In this document: positions 10,193 through 21,360 of the stretch, piece by piece
Layout: each line of letters begins with the position of its first letter
Position numbering within the stretch: position 1 is the first letter of the stretch
NCBI GenBank assembly: GCA_965207885.1
Contig: OZ242311.1
Span: 4,032,001 to 4,096,000, forward strand
Length of the DNA: 64,000 bases
Source: Candidatus Latescibacterota bacterium
Lineage (GTDB): Bacteria > Latescibacterota > UBA2968
Direction of reading: 5' to 3'
The notes under the pieces: generated by a model
What the model saw: the letters and a program-made list of their open reading frames with translations, nothing else
What the model was told of the DNA's origin: nothing
Databases searched by the model: none
Program-made: the position numbers and the translations under genes

Positions 10193-11512
10193 TTAACTCC
10201 TATGGCTAAAATGCAAAAGATCTCGCTCCAAAAGTGCCGCCCAGGCGAGCAACTCCTCGTCCTGGTGAAACGGGGCGACAAACTGAATCCCCAGAGGCAT
10301 ACCCGAATCGGACGCGAGCCCCGCGGGCAAAGCGATCACCGGCATACCCGTATGCGTCCAGGGCAAATTCATACAGGGATCGCCCGTACTCGCCAGACCT
10401 TTCAAAGCCGCGCCCGTCGCCGCCGGACAGGCGAGAAGGCCAATCCCCTCTGCCTTCATCAAAGACTCAACCTCTTCGCGCAACTGTGTGCGCCCCATTC
10501 GACCCGCATCGATCTCGGATTGCGAAAGTGCGCGCCCCTCCTCGACCAGCGCGCGCGTACCAGCGTCATAAGTCGAGGCGTATTTATCAAACCACGGCGA
10601 ATGAACCTCTGCCATCTCCCCCTTCATCATATTCCGGTGTCGGTCATTGATATCGTCAATATCGTCGAGCATCCGCACCTCCACGACATTGTACCCTGCC
10701 GTTCTAAGAGCCTGTACCTGCGCGTCAAAATCCGCTCGCGCCCGTGGTTCTGTCTGATCCAAATAAGGACCCACGGGTATTCCCAACGTCGGCTTTTCCG
10801 ACCTTGCGACAGAAGCGCGCCATCCGCTACACAAAACCGCAGCCGCCATCTCCATACCCGCAACATCCTGCGTAAACATCCCAATCGTATCGACCGACGG
10901 AGAGCAATGAACAAATCCAGAAATATCAATACGCGCATAACTCGGCTTAAAGCCGACAATCCCACAAAACGCGGCAGGACGGATAACCGAACCAATAGTC
11001 TGCGAACCGAGCGAGAGAGGACAATACCCGGCCGCCACCGCCGCAGCCGAACCACTACTCGACCCACCGGGAGTAAAACTCAGATCCCGGGGATTGCGCG
11101 TAGGTCCCGGCTTAAAACACGCGAACTCCGTCGTAACCGATTTGCCGAGCACCAGAGCACCCGCCTCCCGTAGCGCCTTTAAGCACCCACCTTCAGGACC
11201 TGTGAGAACCTCTGGCGGCACGCCCGAGCCTGCCCGCGTCTCAAACCCCTCAACGTGAAAAATATCTTTGACCCCAACCAGAGTGCCGAACAACAGCGGA
11301 ATCTCACCACCGCTTGCAAGCCCAGCAACATCATCCAACAGACGTTGCAGGCGATTAGCCTCTGGCAACATCGCCCGGATATCCCCATCCCATTCATCAA
11401 TGCGTCTGCAGCATTCTGCAACGTAATCCTGTAAGTCCCGTTGCCCAGAACGCAACTCAGCAGCGATTTGAGACAGCGGATGCGCCGCTGTTTTTTCACT
11501 CTTCATTTGCAT
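10193..11512 (-). CDS. Amidase signature family protein
   Basis: VGVKD, PGGSSSGSAAAVAAG, GSQTIGSVIRPAAFCG. Confidence 0.93.
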   Translation of the reverse strand: MQMKSEKTAAHPLSQIAAELRSGQRDLQDYVAECCRRIDEWDGDIRAMLPEANRLQRLLDDVAGLASGGEIPLLFGTLVGVKDIFHVEGFETRAGSGVPPEVLTGPEGGCLKALREAGALVLGKSVTTEFACFKPGPTRNPRDLSFTPGGSSSGSAAAVAAGYCPLSLGSQTIGSVIRPAAFCGIVGFKPSYARIDISGFVHCSPSVDTIGMFTQDVAGMEMAAAVLCSGWRASVARSEKPTLGIPVGPYLDQTEPRARADFDAQVQALRTAGYNVVEVRMLDDIDDINDRHRNMMKGEMAEVHSPWFDKYASTYDAGTRALVEEGRALSQSEIDAGRMGRTQLREEVESLMKAEGIGLLACPAATGAALKGLASTGDPCMNLPWTHTGMPVIALPAGLASDSGMPLGIQFVAPFHQDEELLAWAALLERDLLHFSHRS

Positions 11513-11524
11513 AATCCCCCAAAA

Positions 11525-13456
11525 CTACCAACCGTTAATCTTATGACCCTGACCGGGAAACCAGATAAAATCCACAATTGCACCGCAGGCAATCGCCGCC
11601 AAAAAACCGACCACGAACCCCATAAAAAGCGGCGTATTGCGCCGGTAACTCTCAAGACCGCCAAAGCGCAAAATCAATGTCTTGCACACCCACACAATAA
11701 AAATCGACGAAATACCACTGCGCAAAACATCAGATGCCGAAATCGCAAAACCGATCGGATGCAGCGCAATCCCCGGAAAACGGTAGCGAAGCGCGTACAG
11801 CCCCAGCGTAAAAATCGCGCCAAACCCCAGCCAACCCAGACGCATCCAGTCCGTCTCTAACGCATTACTCCGAATGCGATTGGCAGTCAAAAGCCACACC
11901 CCAATCCCCCCGTCGCCCGAGCCATTAAAACTCACACTGCCAAAATTATAACTCCCCACCGTGTAATTGCCCTGATAAATGATAAACACAAAAACCGCCA
12001 GCGCGCCAGCGATAAACGCCATGCCCACAGCAGGCGGCACAAGCCTCCGGCGGCGGGGACCCATAGCCCCGCCAAGACGCGGAATATGCGCCAGCGTTGT
12101 CACGCCAATCGTCTTTGCATCGGCAAAAAACGTGTACGCCAGACCGAGCGCCATCGCATGCATCGGCCCAATACCCGTTATCCCCAAAACATGCCAGGTA
12201 AAAGCCTGTGCTGTAATCGGCGTTCTCAAATAAATCAGACCAGTCTCCACAATAATGCGCGCCAGACCGAGGTAAAGCACCAGCGTAGCGCTCCAAAAAG
12301 CCAGTGCTGCCCACCCCGAAAGCCCGAGTTCCCAGAAAAACAACACACTGAACAGAACACAACCCAGAAAGACAAACACCGCCGTGCGATACGAAAAAAG
12401 CTCACCCGAATCATCTACATCGCCCGCGCGCGAAGTAAACGCCTTCCGAAAAACCGCAGACAAATGATCTCGCGCAACCCAAAGCCCCCATAACACAAAT
12501 GCCAGCAAGCCACCAAAACTCTGCCAGCCCACGGCAGGATGATAGGAGCACCACGGATCGGGCGACCCCATCTCAAAACCCAAACGGTTCATCAGCCCTA
12601 CTTGCAACACCATAACCAGATGGAAAAACCAGATGCTAAACAGCACATTGGACTCTGTAAAATAGCCAAACGCAATCGTCAGGGGATTCGTCTTAAACCG
12701 CAGATAGGGAAATCCTTCGCCGATAAAAATTTGCCGATCAATATTGGCTTGAAGCGGCGGAATCAACTCGGTAAACCAGGAAGCGATATCCCATGAAAAA
12801 ATAAAAAAAGCCACAAAAAAACCGATCTTGAAACGCGGATTGCGCAGCAATTCCATCAGCGTGCCCCGTTGCCCGTGTTCACCCGTGAGTTCCAGAAGGC
12901 CAGCAGCCAGAGGAAAAGGCAAACGCTCGTAATCCATCCACTGCCGCCGAAACACCACCATAAGACACAAATTGGCGGCAAAAAACGCAAAAAAGAAACA
13001 CCCCCACCAGAAAATCGGCACGATCCAGCTACCCCAGGGAAAAGCCGCCCCTGCTGGCAACCCCTCGTAAAAAGCAACCGCGGCGTGGTGATCGGAAACC
13101 ACAGACCAGTTGGACAAACGCGTAAGCAGTGTATCGGCCCAGCCATTTTCGGGAGAGGCAAAATAGATTGGCGCTGTAATCACACCGAGAAAATATCCCG
13201 CGAGCCACTCGCCCTGCGTCAGAGCAGAAACCATTCCCATCGAAGCGATGAGAATAAGCTCAGAAGGCGTAAAACCCTTGCTTTTGCGAGAAAAATAGAG
13301 GTTGACCAACAGCAATAAGAGAAAAGGAAGGAGAATTGCAACGGAGAGATGCGCGTAATCTGCACGCGCAGATCGGAGCATATACGTGGTATAAGAAGGC
13401 CATAAACTGACGAGAACAGACATGAACAATCCGATGAGAAAGGCGCGTACCGTCAT
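11525..13456 (-). CDS. Multi-pass membrane protein (DUF6785/DUF6784-like, putative transporter)
   Basis: Many TM segments; RQW.DYERLPFPLA and C-terminal LHPIGF..K..ILRFGG..YRR..P.F.G motifs. Confidence 0.7.
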   Translation of the reverse strand: MTVRAFLIGLFMSVLVSLWPSYTTYMLRSARADYAHLSVAILLPFLLLLLVNLYFSRKSKGFTPSELILIASMGMVSALTQGEWLAGYFLGVITAPIYFASPENGWADTLLTRLSNWSVVSDHHAAVAFYEGLPAGAAFPWGSWIVPIFWWGCFFFAFFAANLCLMVVFRRQWMDYERLPFPLAAGLLELTGEHGQRGTLMELLRNPRFKIGFFVAFFIFSWDIASWFTELIPPLQANIDRQIFIGEGFPYLRFKTNPLTIAFGYFTESNVLFSIWFFHLVMVLQVGLMNRLGFEMGSPDPWCSYHPAVGWQSFGGLLAFVLWGLWVARDHLSAVFRKAFTSRAGDVDDSGELFSYRTAVFVFLGCVLFSVLFFWELGLSGWAALAFWSATLVLYLGLARIIVETGLIYLRTPITAQAFTWHVLGITGIGPMHAMALGLAYTFFADAKTIGVTTLAHIPRLGGAMGPRRRRLVPPAVGMAFIAGALAVFVFIIYQGNYTVGSYNFGSVSFNGSGDGGIGVWLLTANRIRSNALETDWMRLGWLGFGAIFTLGLYALRYRFPGIALHPIGFAISASDVLRSGISSIFIVWVCKTLILRFGGLESYRRNTPLFMGFVVGFLAAIACGAIVDFIWFPGQGHKINGW

Positions 13457-13465
13457 AAAGCCTCC

Positions 13466-16400
13466 TTACTCGCCAATAAAAAATATCACCGTCTTCTCAG
13501 CGGTTTGCTCGCCATTCAAATCGGTAATCGCTACTGCAATTTCATAACGCCCCGGTTTTGACTCGCCCGGGTCGATCTCCAGATAATTGTACTCATCAGA
13601 CCCTGTACCCGTCCGCTCATAAGAAATCGTAACAACGGCTTTTTCTTCGATACCGAGCAAACGCCCCAGTGCCCGCAGAACCTGCACACCACTGAGCTTG
13701 CCTTCTCGGGGCGTAATGCGGTAATCCACGCGATATTTCGTCTGCCCGAAATCGTCGATTTTCAAATCGTAAACTTCGTAATAAATAACAACCGGCTGCC
13801 CGATCTTATAGGTGCGCGACGGCAGAGAAATAACCTCAACCCCACCTTTATCAGTAGCCAAAGAATCCACCTGCACCCTTCCCGCAAGCTCTATATCGCT
13901 TATCTTGAGTCCAGCGACCGCATAATCCTCCACCACGAGTTCCTGCGTATATCCACCCCTGCGTCCGGATGCCGGATGATTGATCTGAAGCCCCAAATAA
14001 TATCGCCCGGGCAAAACCTGAAGTGCGAGCTCATCTATCGCCAGAGTACCGGCCTCAACACCGCCTACATCCACGCGCACCGGCATCGGCTCCAGTCTGC
14101 GATAAATCGGTGTCCAGCTACTGTCAAAAAGCGCGATACCGCGCTCAAAAACGACCTCTTCTCCCCCATCATCAATCGCATCTAAAACCGGCACCCCATA
14201 ATACACCTCCAGCCGAGATTTATCATCTGCCCCTCTGAAATCTGCCGAAGCAGAGTGAAAGTCCAGCACGCCCTTGCCAACGGGCACATAGCGATCGGGT
14301 TGTGCATTCACCGCTCGTGAAATAATAACCTCGGGCCGCGTATCTTCCCAAAATCTCTGGTTAAACCGCGCAATTTTACGCCCCTGAGAAACATCGGGAA
14401 AATCGAAATCGCCCTTCGGCGTCAACGCCGTAAAAACGACTTCAATACCCCCGCTCACATCCGGATAAATCCAGTATTCCCACGGCTCGCTTCCATTGAC
14501 CGGATAAAGCGGTATCCCCCGCATCGGACGCTCGCTCATACCTGGACGGTCCCGCCCGAAGAGTTCCTTGCCGCGGACATAAGTATTCACATCATCACTC
14601 TGCCTGGCAAAAAACACGCGATTGGGATTTATCTCAAAATCGATAGACTCAAAATCGCTGACCGCGACCACCTCTCCCAACTCAGTCTCGATTTCAACAT
14701 CGCGCGTCGATGTGCGCAATCGACCTATCCGCGCGATAATTTCCTGCTTGGCCTCTGGCGACAGCGCCGCGATCAACCGCTCCTTTACCCGCACGACCCT
14801 CGCATCTGTCTCAAACCGAATATCCGATCTTTTACTCACATGCGCGGGTTCGCCATAGCGGATATACACATCGCCGCGCCTGTCCCATTTTCGTCCATCT
14901 TTTGAAAAATTCTGCAACACATAAACAACGCGCCGATAGTGCTCGACCAACCGCTCATTGCCAGGCGTTGCCGGCGTGGGATCGCGTTTTTGCCAGAACG
15001 CCCGAACAAACTGCGCCTGCTCCTCGGGTTCCAGACGCTGGTACGCCGCCGCTTCCTCTTGACCCGCCACGAGTGAAATATCTTCCACGCGCGCTCTCGC
15101 CTCATCGCTGAGCGTGCGCAACTCCTCTGCAATCAGCGCATGCGCTTTGCCCGTTTCTCCAATATTGAGATACGCCTCCAGCAATGGATGCATGCATAAA
15201 CTGCGAAAATCGGGCCGCGCCTCCATCAAATCTCGCCAAATAACCGTAGCCGAATCAATACGCCCTTGTTTGAACAACACGCGCCCAAAGTCAAACCGCG
15301 CGCGCGCAAACAGGGGGTCCACTGCAATCTGTCGTCTATACGCAACCGCACTTTCGGCGAGTTCCCCCCTGCGTTCTAACACCCGTCCCATCATATAATG
15401 CAGAAAAGGATGGGTAGAATCTCGTCCAACAGCCGCTTTCAGATATTCCAAACCCTCGCCCTTCCCGGAAAGAAAACGCGCCAGCTCTGCATTTGTCCAA
15501 TACGCCGCCTCTTGAAATTTTTCAACAGCGCCATTCCAGTCGCCGCGCCCCATACCCACAATACCCAGTGCATTGCGCGCCTCGGGCAAATCGGGAGCAA
15601 TATCGAGCGCCTTTCGCACCCAACGCTCGCCTTCGACCAGCGCACCACTTTCAAGTGCGATCAATGCTCTGGCTGTCAACGCCCGTGGATCACGCGGATC
15701 TTCCTCCAGCACAAAATCGACCATATCGCGCGCCATTCGTACCGCAAGCATATCCGCCTCGGGCAAACGCTCGCCAAACGTCTTGTCAACGCGCTTCTTG
15801 AGCGTTTCCTCGAGACCTATCGCCCTCAACATCGTCATCCCCATCTCGCGATTACCCAATCCCGCGACCGGTGCGATATAAGCCTGGGCGAAAAGTGGCA
15901 CCCGCTCGGAATAATGCCCGTACATAAAAACAGCGCGTTCTCCCGCATCGACTTTCGCATATTCCTGCGCGGCTTCTGGCGTTGAAAAGCGTTCCAAAAT
16001 CTTCTCCATAAGAACCTGCTGCTGTGCCGTGAGAGACAATTCAACCGGCGAACCCGCTATGCGAAAATCGCGTTGCGTACGCGCAATCTGATCGCCTATA
16101 CGCGCTTCAACGCTCAGCGTATATGTCCCAGGTGACAACCCGCGCAACGGGATCCCCTCGACAAATTTTGCATCTCCGCGATATGTGGGAAATTCCCGCC
16201 GATGGTCAAAAACAACATAACCGAAACGGTCGCGGATCTGAAAACGCACACTATGGGCAAGCCGCCCGATCTCGTAAAGCTCGACATAAAAGCGCAGGGG
16301 CGCGCCACCTCCGACCTCGCGCTCAGGCGACGGCAAAAGAACATGACCTCCCTTGAGAAAAGACTCGGCTTCAAAATGCTGAGAAGATGGATCTATTTCA

Positions 16401-16888
16401 CTCACAAAAAACAGATCGCTAAACGCGAGCTGTCCCGTCTTGAACTCGGGCACCTCAATAGAAAACACCGCCCGTCCCTGGCGATCATTGCCCACGGCTT
16501 TGACCTCCAGAACCGCGTGATAATACCCCGCTGGAACCTGGAATCGCGCGATATCATAGACAAAGTGTTCTGGATCGTCGATCCGCTCTGCAGAAGAAAA
16601 TACGCGCTCGCCCTCTATCCTCTTGACCGAATTGCCATTCTCATCGAATAACTCGAGACGTGGAACATAGCGCGCTACAAAAAGGCTATCACCTCGTGTT
16701 TCAAACGCGAGCTGCGCCGCGGGAAAACGGATAACAACCTCTTCATAAGGACCATCGTCTCCGCGAAAACTACAGGCATCAACGCCGAGCGCGAGACTGC
16801 CCTCCAAAGACACCCGTCCCTCTTCAGCAGTCGCCTGCAATGGGAAAAACGCGAAAAATATGAAAAGAATTAGAGTACGCATAATCAA
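13466..16888 (-). CDS. Secreted GWxTD-domain/TPR protein
   Basis: Signal peptide, TPR-like helices, FWQKRDPTPATPGNERLVEHYRRV..WDRRGDVYIRYGEP. Confidence 0.85.
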   Translation of the reverse strand: MIMRTLILFIFFAFFPLQATAEEGRVSLEGSLALGVDACSFRGDDGPYEEVVIRFPAAQLAFETRGDSLFVARYVPRLELFDENGNSVKRIEGERVFSSAERIDDPEHFVYDIARFQVPAGYYHAVLEVKAVGNDRQGRAVFSIEVPEFKTGQLAFSDLFFVSEIDPSSQHFEAESFLKGGHVLLPSPEREVGGGAPLRFYVELYEIGRLAHSVRFQIRDRFGYVVFDHRREFPTYRGDAKFVEGIPLRGLSPGTYTLSVEARIGDQIARTQRDFRIAGSPVELSLTAQQQVLMEKILERFSTPEAAQEYAKVDAGERAVFMYGHYSERVPLFAQAYIAPVAGLGNREMGMTMLRAIGLEETLKKRVDKTFGERLPEADMLAVRMARDMVDFVLEEDPRDPRALTARALIALESGALVEGERWVRKALDIAPDLPEARNALGIVGMGRGDWNGAVEKFQEAAYWTNAELARFLSGKGEGLEYLKAAVGRDSTHPFLHYMMGRVLERRGELAESAVAYRRQIAVDPLFARARFDFGRVLFKQGRIDSATVIWRDLMEARPDFRSLCMHPLLEAYLNIGETGKAHALIAEELRTLSDEARARVEDISLVAGQEEAAAYQRLEPEEQAQFVRAFWQKRDPTPATPGNERLVEHYRRVVYVLQNFSKDGRKWDRRGDVYIRYGEPAHVSKRSDIRFETDARVVRVKERLIAALSPEAKQEIIARIGRLRTSTRDVEIETELGEVVAVSDFESIDFEINPNRVFFARQSDDVNTYVRGKELFGRDRPGMSERPMRGIPLYPVNGSEPWEYWIYPDVSGGIEVVFTALTPKGDFDFPDVSQGRKIARFNQRFWEDTRPEVIISRAVNAQPDRYVPVGKGVLDFHSASADFRGADDKSRLEVYYGVPVLDAIDDGGEEVVFERGIALFDSSWTPIYRRLEPMPVRVDVGGVEAGTLAIDELALQVLPGRYYLGLQINHPASGRRGGYTQELVVEDYAVAGLKISDIELAGRVQVDSLATDKGGVEVISLPSRTYKIGQPVVIYYEVYDLKIDDFGQTKYRVDYRITPREGKLSGVQVLRALGRLLGIEEKAVVTISYERTGTGSDEYNYLEIDPGESKPGRYEIAVAITDLNGEQTAEKTVIFFIGE

Positions 16889-18150
16889 AATCCATTCGCA
16901 ATCTCAAATAGGCGCTCGCGGTGGGCCGCCACCTTGGCAAATGCCTGTGCGGTCTGCTCCACCCACTCGGTAGCGGGCGCAACTGGCGTAGCGAGCCAAA
17001 AACTCATGTCCTGCAACCGCTCGCTCACCGGCAAATTGCACACAGGCCGCCTCCCCTCTGCGGGCAAATCCGCCCATGGCCCGCCCAAACCATCGAACGA
17101 AAAATCGTTAAAAAGCGGTTCCAAATGCATCGCGCTATACCCCCAGGCCGTCGTCTCTGAGACGTACGCCCCTTCCGCAACCAGTGCCTTTATGATAATC
17201 GGTAGCGGAGCACCAAACACATCGGGATCAACCATTCCCGCATAGAGCAACATGCCACCTCGCTTCGCCCTGGGATATGCTTTTTGCGGAGCCACACCCG
17301 GGACTTCATTGAGCAGTCTATCCATTCGCCGAAACCAGGCCATCCGCTTCTCATTCAGCCCCGGCAAGCGCTCCAACTGGGCGCGAGCCATCGCAATACC
17401 CAGAGGATTTGCGCGGTATTTGACGCCCAATCCCATATTGCGAAGCGCCTTAAAGCGATCCGTCTGCCACAGCGCGTCGCACCGTCCGCACTGCCCCAGA
17501 GCCAGCATGCGATCGTAGAGATCATCATCATTCGTAGTCGCAACACCCGCTTCTATTCCGGATACTGGCTTTTTCTCCTGAAGGCTAAAACACCCGATGT
17601 GCCCAATAGAACCGACCATCTTATCGCCCCACATCGCCCCAGGCGCATGGGAAGCATCTTCAATCAGCGTTATATCGGTCCCGTCTATAATATCTAAAAA
17701 CGCATCCATATCCGCCGGATTGCCGTAAAGATGCGTCACCACAATCGCGCATGTGTGGTGCGTAATCCGCTTCTTTACATCCTCGGGATCGGCACAAAAC
17801 GTTTCCGGATCTACCTCGCAGAACACGGGTGTGGCATTGCAGTGCAAAATCGGCGTAATCGTCGCGTGCCACGTCGCAGTGGGCACAATCACCTCTTTCC
17901 CAGCGCATGCACCTGCGGCAAAAATCGCCGAGTGCAAGGTCGCGGTACCATTGCACATACAAAGCGCGTGTTTGGTTCCCACAAAAGCCCGATACTCTTC
18001 TTCAAACTTATCGAGTTCCGCATAAGCGTCATCCTTATTATCCAGAACCTGGTTGACGTACTCCTTCTCCAAATCGCTTACATCCTGCCACGAATCATTC
18101 ATCAAAGCGGTAACAGCTCTGGGACCACCGTCAATTGCCAGATCAGACAT
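16885..18150 (-). CDS. DegT/DnrJ/EryC1/StrS family PLP aminotransferase
   Basis: MSDLAIDGGP start, NGTATLH, IEDASHAPG, FSLQEKK. Confidence 0.92.
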   Translation of the reverse strand: MSDLAIDGGPRAVTALMNDSWQDVSDLEKEYVNQVLDNKDDAYAELDKFEEEYRAFVGTKHALCMCNGTATLHSAIFAAGACAGKEVIVPTATWHATITPILHCNATPVFCEVDPETFCADPEDVKKRITHHTCAIVVTHLYGNPADMDAFLDIIDGTDITLIEDASHAPGAMWGDKMVGSIGHIGCFSLQEKKPVSGIEAGVATTNDDDLYDRMLALGQCGRCDALWQTDRFKALRNMGLGVKYRANPLGIAMARAQLERLPGLNEKRMAWFRRMDRLLNEVPGVAPQKAYPRAKRGGMLLYAGMVDPDVFGAPLPIIIKALVAEGAYVSETTAWGYSAMHLEPLFNDFSFDGLGGPWADLPAEGRRPVCNLPVSERLQDMSFWLATPVAPATEWVEQTAQAFAKVAAHRERLFEIANGF

Positions 18151-18253
18151 TTTTCCGCTCCTCTCAATGGGCGAGTTTACGCGATGTATCACAATATAGC
18201 GCAATTCAGTCTCATAAAGCAATCCATCTCGACATTCATTGAGTAAAAAATAC

Positions 18254-18290
18254 AAAAACCGATCGCTATAACTTCAGAGATCGGTTTTTT
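18254..18290. terminator. Intrinsic terminator (bidirectional-type) after the Rieske gene
   Basis: AAAAACCGATC-loop-GATCGGTTTTTT. Confidence 0.7.
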
Positions 18291-18313
18291 GCTTATTAGG
18301 CCACTCGCTCTTC

Positions 18314-18763
18314 TTAAAACAGAATTGTCAACGTCTGTGTCCCATTATCATAAGTACTCTCAAATCGCGGCAAAGGCGCAGAAGCTGGTCCTCGCAGAAC
18401 CGCTCCCGTTGTCCTGTCAAATCTCGCACCATGGCATGAACACCAGATTTGTGGATCGCGGTCCCCCGGCAAATCCACCTCGCACGCCTCGTGCGTACAC
18501 ACGGAACTCAAAACTGCAAAATCTTCTTCGGCACGGCGGAAAATGATCACGGGGGCACCGCCGTTTTGCCCTTCAAAAACTTGTTTCACAGACCCTCCCA
18601 CCTGTGCCAAGGCAGGCGCGCTACCCACATCAAATTGCACACTCACACCAGACGACTTCAACACATCATTCTCACATCCCGAAAACCATCCGGCGCACAT
18701 GCACCCCCCCACAAGCGCGAGGGCCTGTGTCAAAAACGCTCTTCTTTCCGTCTTCTCATCCAC
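18314..18763 (-). CDS. Tat-exported Rieske [2Fe-2S] protein
   Basis: RRAFL Tat-like motif, CTHEAC and CSCHGARF boxes; GTG start after AGGAGG. Confidence 0.88.
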   Translation of the reverse strand: MDEKTERRAFLTQALALVGGCMCAGWFSGCENDVLKSSGVSVQFDVGSAPALAQVGGSVKQVFEGQNGGAPVIIFRRAEEDFAVLSSVCTHEACEVDLPGDRDPQIWCSCHGARFDRTTGAVLRGPASAPLPRFESTYDNGTQTLTILF

Positions 18764-18777
18764 TGATATGCCTCCTA

Positions 18778-19371
18778 TTATGCCACAAGTGCCTTGTAGA
18801 ACGGCCTCAACAACTTGCGAAGTTGGGCACGCGCCCGAAACAGACGCGATTTTACAGTGCCCACTGAACACCCCTCAACACTGGCAATCTCCTGATATGA
18901 CAGCCCATTTAACTCGCGCAGCACCAGCACAGACCGAAAAATGGGCGGCATCTGCGCCATCGCATGTGCCAAAACATCGCGCAACTCGCTCTGCTCTACC
19001 CTGTAATCCGTTCGCTCTGGACCTGCAAACAGAGCTTCATCGTCTGCTTGTCTGCGCCACCACTCATCATCCATCTTGACGTCATATTTGCGCTGTTGCG
19101 ACTTAATCCAATCCAGGCAACAATTGATACTGATGCGATACAACCAGGTGGAAAACAGCGATTTTCCCTTAAATTTGTCAAGCGACTGAAACGCCTTGAC
19201 AAACGCAATCTGTGCCAAATCATCTGCATCTTCCCTGTTGCCCACCATGCCAAACGCCGTATGAAAAATTCGTACCTGGTGCCGCCGAACCAATTCGGAA
19301 AACGCCCTGGTCTGCCCCTTTTGGGCATACCCAACGAGCAATTTATCATCGCATGTTGACCAATCGAGCAC
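18778..19371 (-). CDS. ECF-family RNA polymerase sigma factor
   Basis: DADDLAQ.AF.KAF, FSTWLYRI, LSYQEIA..GTVKSRLFRAR. Confidence 0.95.
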   Translation of the reverse strand: MLDWSTCDDKLLVGYAQKGQTRAFSELVRRHQVRIFHTAFGMVGNREDADDLAQIAFVKAFQSLDKFKGKSLFSTWLYRISINCCLDWIKSQQRKYDVKMDDEWWRRQADDEALFAGPERTDYRVEQSELRDVLAHAMAQMPPIFRSVLVLRELNGLSYQEIASVEGCSVGTVKSRLFRARAQLRKLLRPFYKALVA

Positions 19372-19385
19372 AGAAAATCTCCCGC

Positions 19386-20459
19386 CTAAAATTCAACAGT
19401 CAAATCAAAAGATACACTTTGCCGCCTACCGTAGTGATAAAATTCATCATTTGAAAAATTCCGCGAAATGCCGTATCCAAATTCCGTTGTCACGCGCTGT
19501 GTTAAAGGCAGTTCCAAAAACGCGTCAAAAAACGAGTATTCATCCTGGCGCAACGCGCCCCCTTGCAAAATCGCGCCACTGACATCTCGTGCCAGATCGT
19601 CTTTATAAGACTGCTTTTCATACCCACCTTCCAGAATAATCCGAACCTGCAAGGGCAATTGCTGGGTCAGCCGCGCAGTTATTTGATCGCCGCTATAATC
19701 GTAGCGGTCCTTCAATATATCATCATCGCCGTAAATTAGTGCATTAAATCGCGTGGGAGCATCATTTGCAGCCCGCAAATTGATGCGCCGCTGGTAGCGC
19801 ACTCGCAAGCCCGTATTATCTGTCAGCGATTGCGCCACCTGCAAACCCAAAACCATCTGTCCTTCAGCCCCCTCGCGCAACTTATAGCCCAAACCGAGAT
19901 CGCCCCTCAATGTCGTGCGCGAGGGCAAAAAATGGTTGATCTGAAAAAATGCGTAGTGATCGACATAACGCGACACATTCAAATTGGAATACGACCGCCA
20001 GTTGAGCTGATACCCCACCCGCTTCATCGTATTCTCGTCGCTATACCATTTGCCCTGCACGTATCCCGCCAACCCGGTATAATCATACACATCGTAAATA
20101 GAGCGGTTTGCACGCGCAGCCAGCGAAAAACCCGCAAATATCCTATCGCGTTCACCACTGTTCAGATCGCGCGCAAAATCAACGCCCAATCGATTGGTCG
20201 CAAATGTCCGATCCCCATTGTGACCAAACAAAAAGCCATCGCCCCAAAAAAAGAACCGCAAATATGAAGCATCCATCTCCACGGGTCGCATCACAGAAGC
20301 GGAAAGTTGCGTCACAAAAGCACTCGACCCTCCATAAACGCCATCCACATTGGTATCGTAAATCGTTCCCACAGTCACATCTGTAAGCACATCAGCATCT
20401 GCTGTTCCCAGCCCCAAAAGCAACACACAGACAAAAGTTGATAGTCGTCTCATACTCAT
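19386..20459 (-). CDS. Putative outer-membrane beta-barrel protein
   Basis: Signal peptide, amphipathic beta-strand pattern, terminal Phe (FDLTVEF). Confidence 0.6.
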   Translation of the reverse strand: MSMRRLSTFVCVLLLGLGTADADVLTDVTVGTIYDTNVDGVYGGSSAFVTQLSASVMRPVEMDASYLRFFFWGDGFLFGHNGDRTFATNRLGVDFARDLNSGERDRIFAGFSLAARANRSIYDVYDYTGLAGYVQGKWYSDENTMKRVGYQLNWRSYSNLNVSRYVDHYAFFQINHFLPSRTTLRGDLGLGYKLREGAEGQMVLGLQVAQSLTDNTGLRVRYQRRINLRAANDAPTRFNALIYGDDDILKDRYDYSGDQITARLTQQLPLQVRIILEGGYEKQSYKDDLARDVSGAILQGGALRQDEYSFFDAFLELPLTQRVTTEFGYGISRNFSNDEFYHYGRRQSVSFDLTVEF

Positions 20460-20526
20460 TCCCTTTTATAGCAACGGGTTTATCATAAGGGGAAGGGCAA
20501 ATATCCTTCCCCCATGAACCGATGAA

Positions 20527-21237
20527 TTATCCCGAGGTTGTGGATGGCGGCTTATGGCCTCTACCGCGGTGCCCTCCGCGCCGACCCTGCCCGCGCTTCC
20601 CCCCTCGCGAACGCTCGGAGCGTTCAATCCCCCATTCCTCCAATTTCTCATCCACCGCCGCACGAATGATTCGCCTGGATATATCCAACTCCCTCAACCC
20701 TTCAATCAACGTCTTGAGCTCGGCTTCTTGCTCATCGGTCAACAGGGCCTCCAGACCGCGCTCGGGACGTTCAACACCCCATTCCTCCAACTTCGCATCC
20801 ACCGCCGCACGAATATCTTCTCTCGACGTATCCGACGCTCTTAAACCTTCGATCAACGTCTTGAGCTCGGCTTCCTGCTCATCGGTAAGCAACTTCGCCA
20901 GACCAGACGAAATGGCAGAACGTTCGGGAAATTCAACACCCCATTCTTCCAATTTGGCCTTCACTGCTGCGCGAATATCTTCCTTAGACGTATCCGATTC
21001 TTTCAAGCCATCAACCAGAGTTTTCAATTCTGCGCGTTGCTCTTTGGTCAGTTGCGAAGATGTGCCGCGTTGTCCCAAAACACCTTTGCGCCCGCGATGA
21101 TACGATATTCGCACATTATCATCAATACCATCGGCATTTTCATCCACAAATACAGGTCCTGCCGCCTGCGCGTCCTGACCGCCCCACAGGGCACATGTCA
21201 GTGCCAACGCAATACTATAGATCATCCACTTTTTCAT
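20527..21237 (-). CDS. Secreted helical-repeat protein (three ~43-49 aa repeats)
   Basis: Signal peptide; LT.EQ.AELKTL..GL...D.S...IRAAV..KLEEWG.E.PE occurs three times; RG-rich tail. Confidence 0.75.
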   Translation of the reverse strand: MKKWMIYSIALALTCALWGGQDAQAAGPVFVDENADGIDDNVRISYHRGRKGVLGQRGTSSQLTKEQRAELKTLVDGLKESDTSKEDIRAAVKAKLEEWGVEFPERSAISSGLAKLLTDEQEAELKTLIEGLRASDTSREDIRAAVDAKLEEWGVERPERGLEALLTDEQEAELKTLIEGLRELDISRRIIRAAVDEKLEEWGIERSERSRGGKRGQGRRGGHRGRGHKPPSTTSG

Positions 21238-21360
21238 GGCCTTGCTCCTCACTGTTGAACTTCTATGAACCGCTCTCAAGCACCGATCTCATTTTGTCCG
21301 GCCGGAACCAAAATCCGATCAGCACTATCAACCTGCCGCACTTTGCGGCTACAGTATTTT

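Noticed and set aside
10202-11173. Long antisense ORFs (for example 10202-11173, 7733-8509, 32822-33871)
   Set aside because: They are shadow frames opposite well-supported genes and contain no motifs.
21270-21350. c-di-GMP or other known riboswitch
   Set aside because: Hairpins and a GCCGCAAAG-like segment are present, but the full consensus could not be matched.
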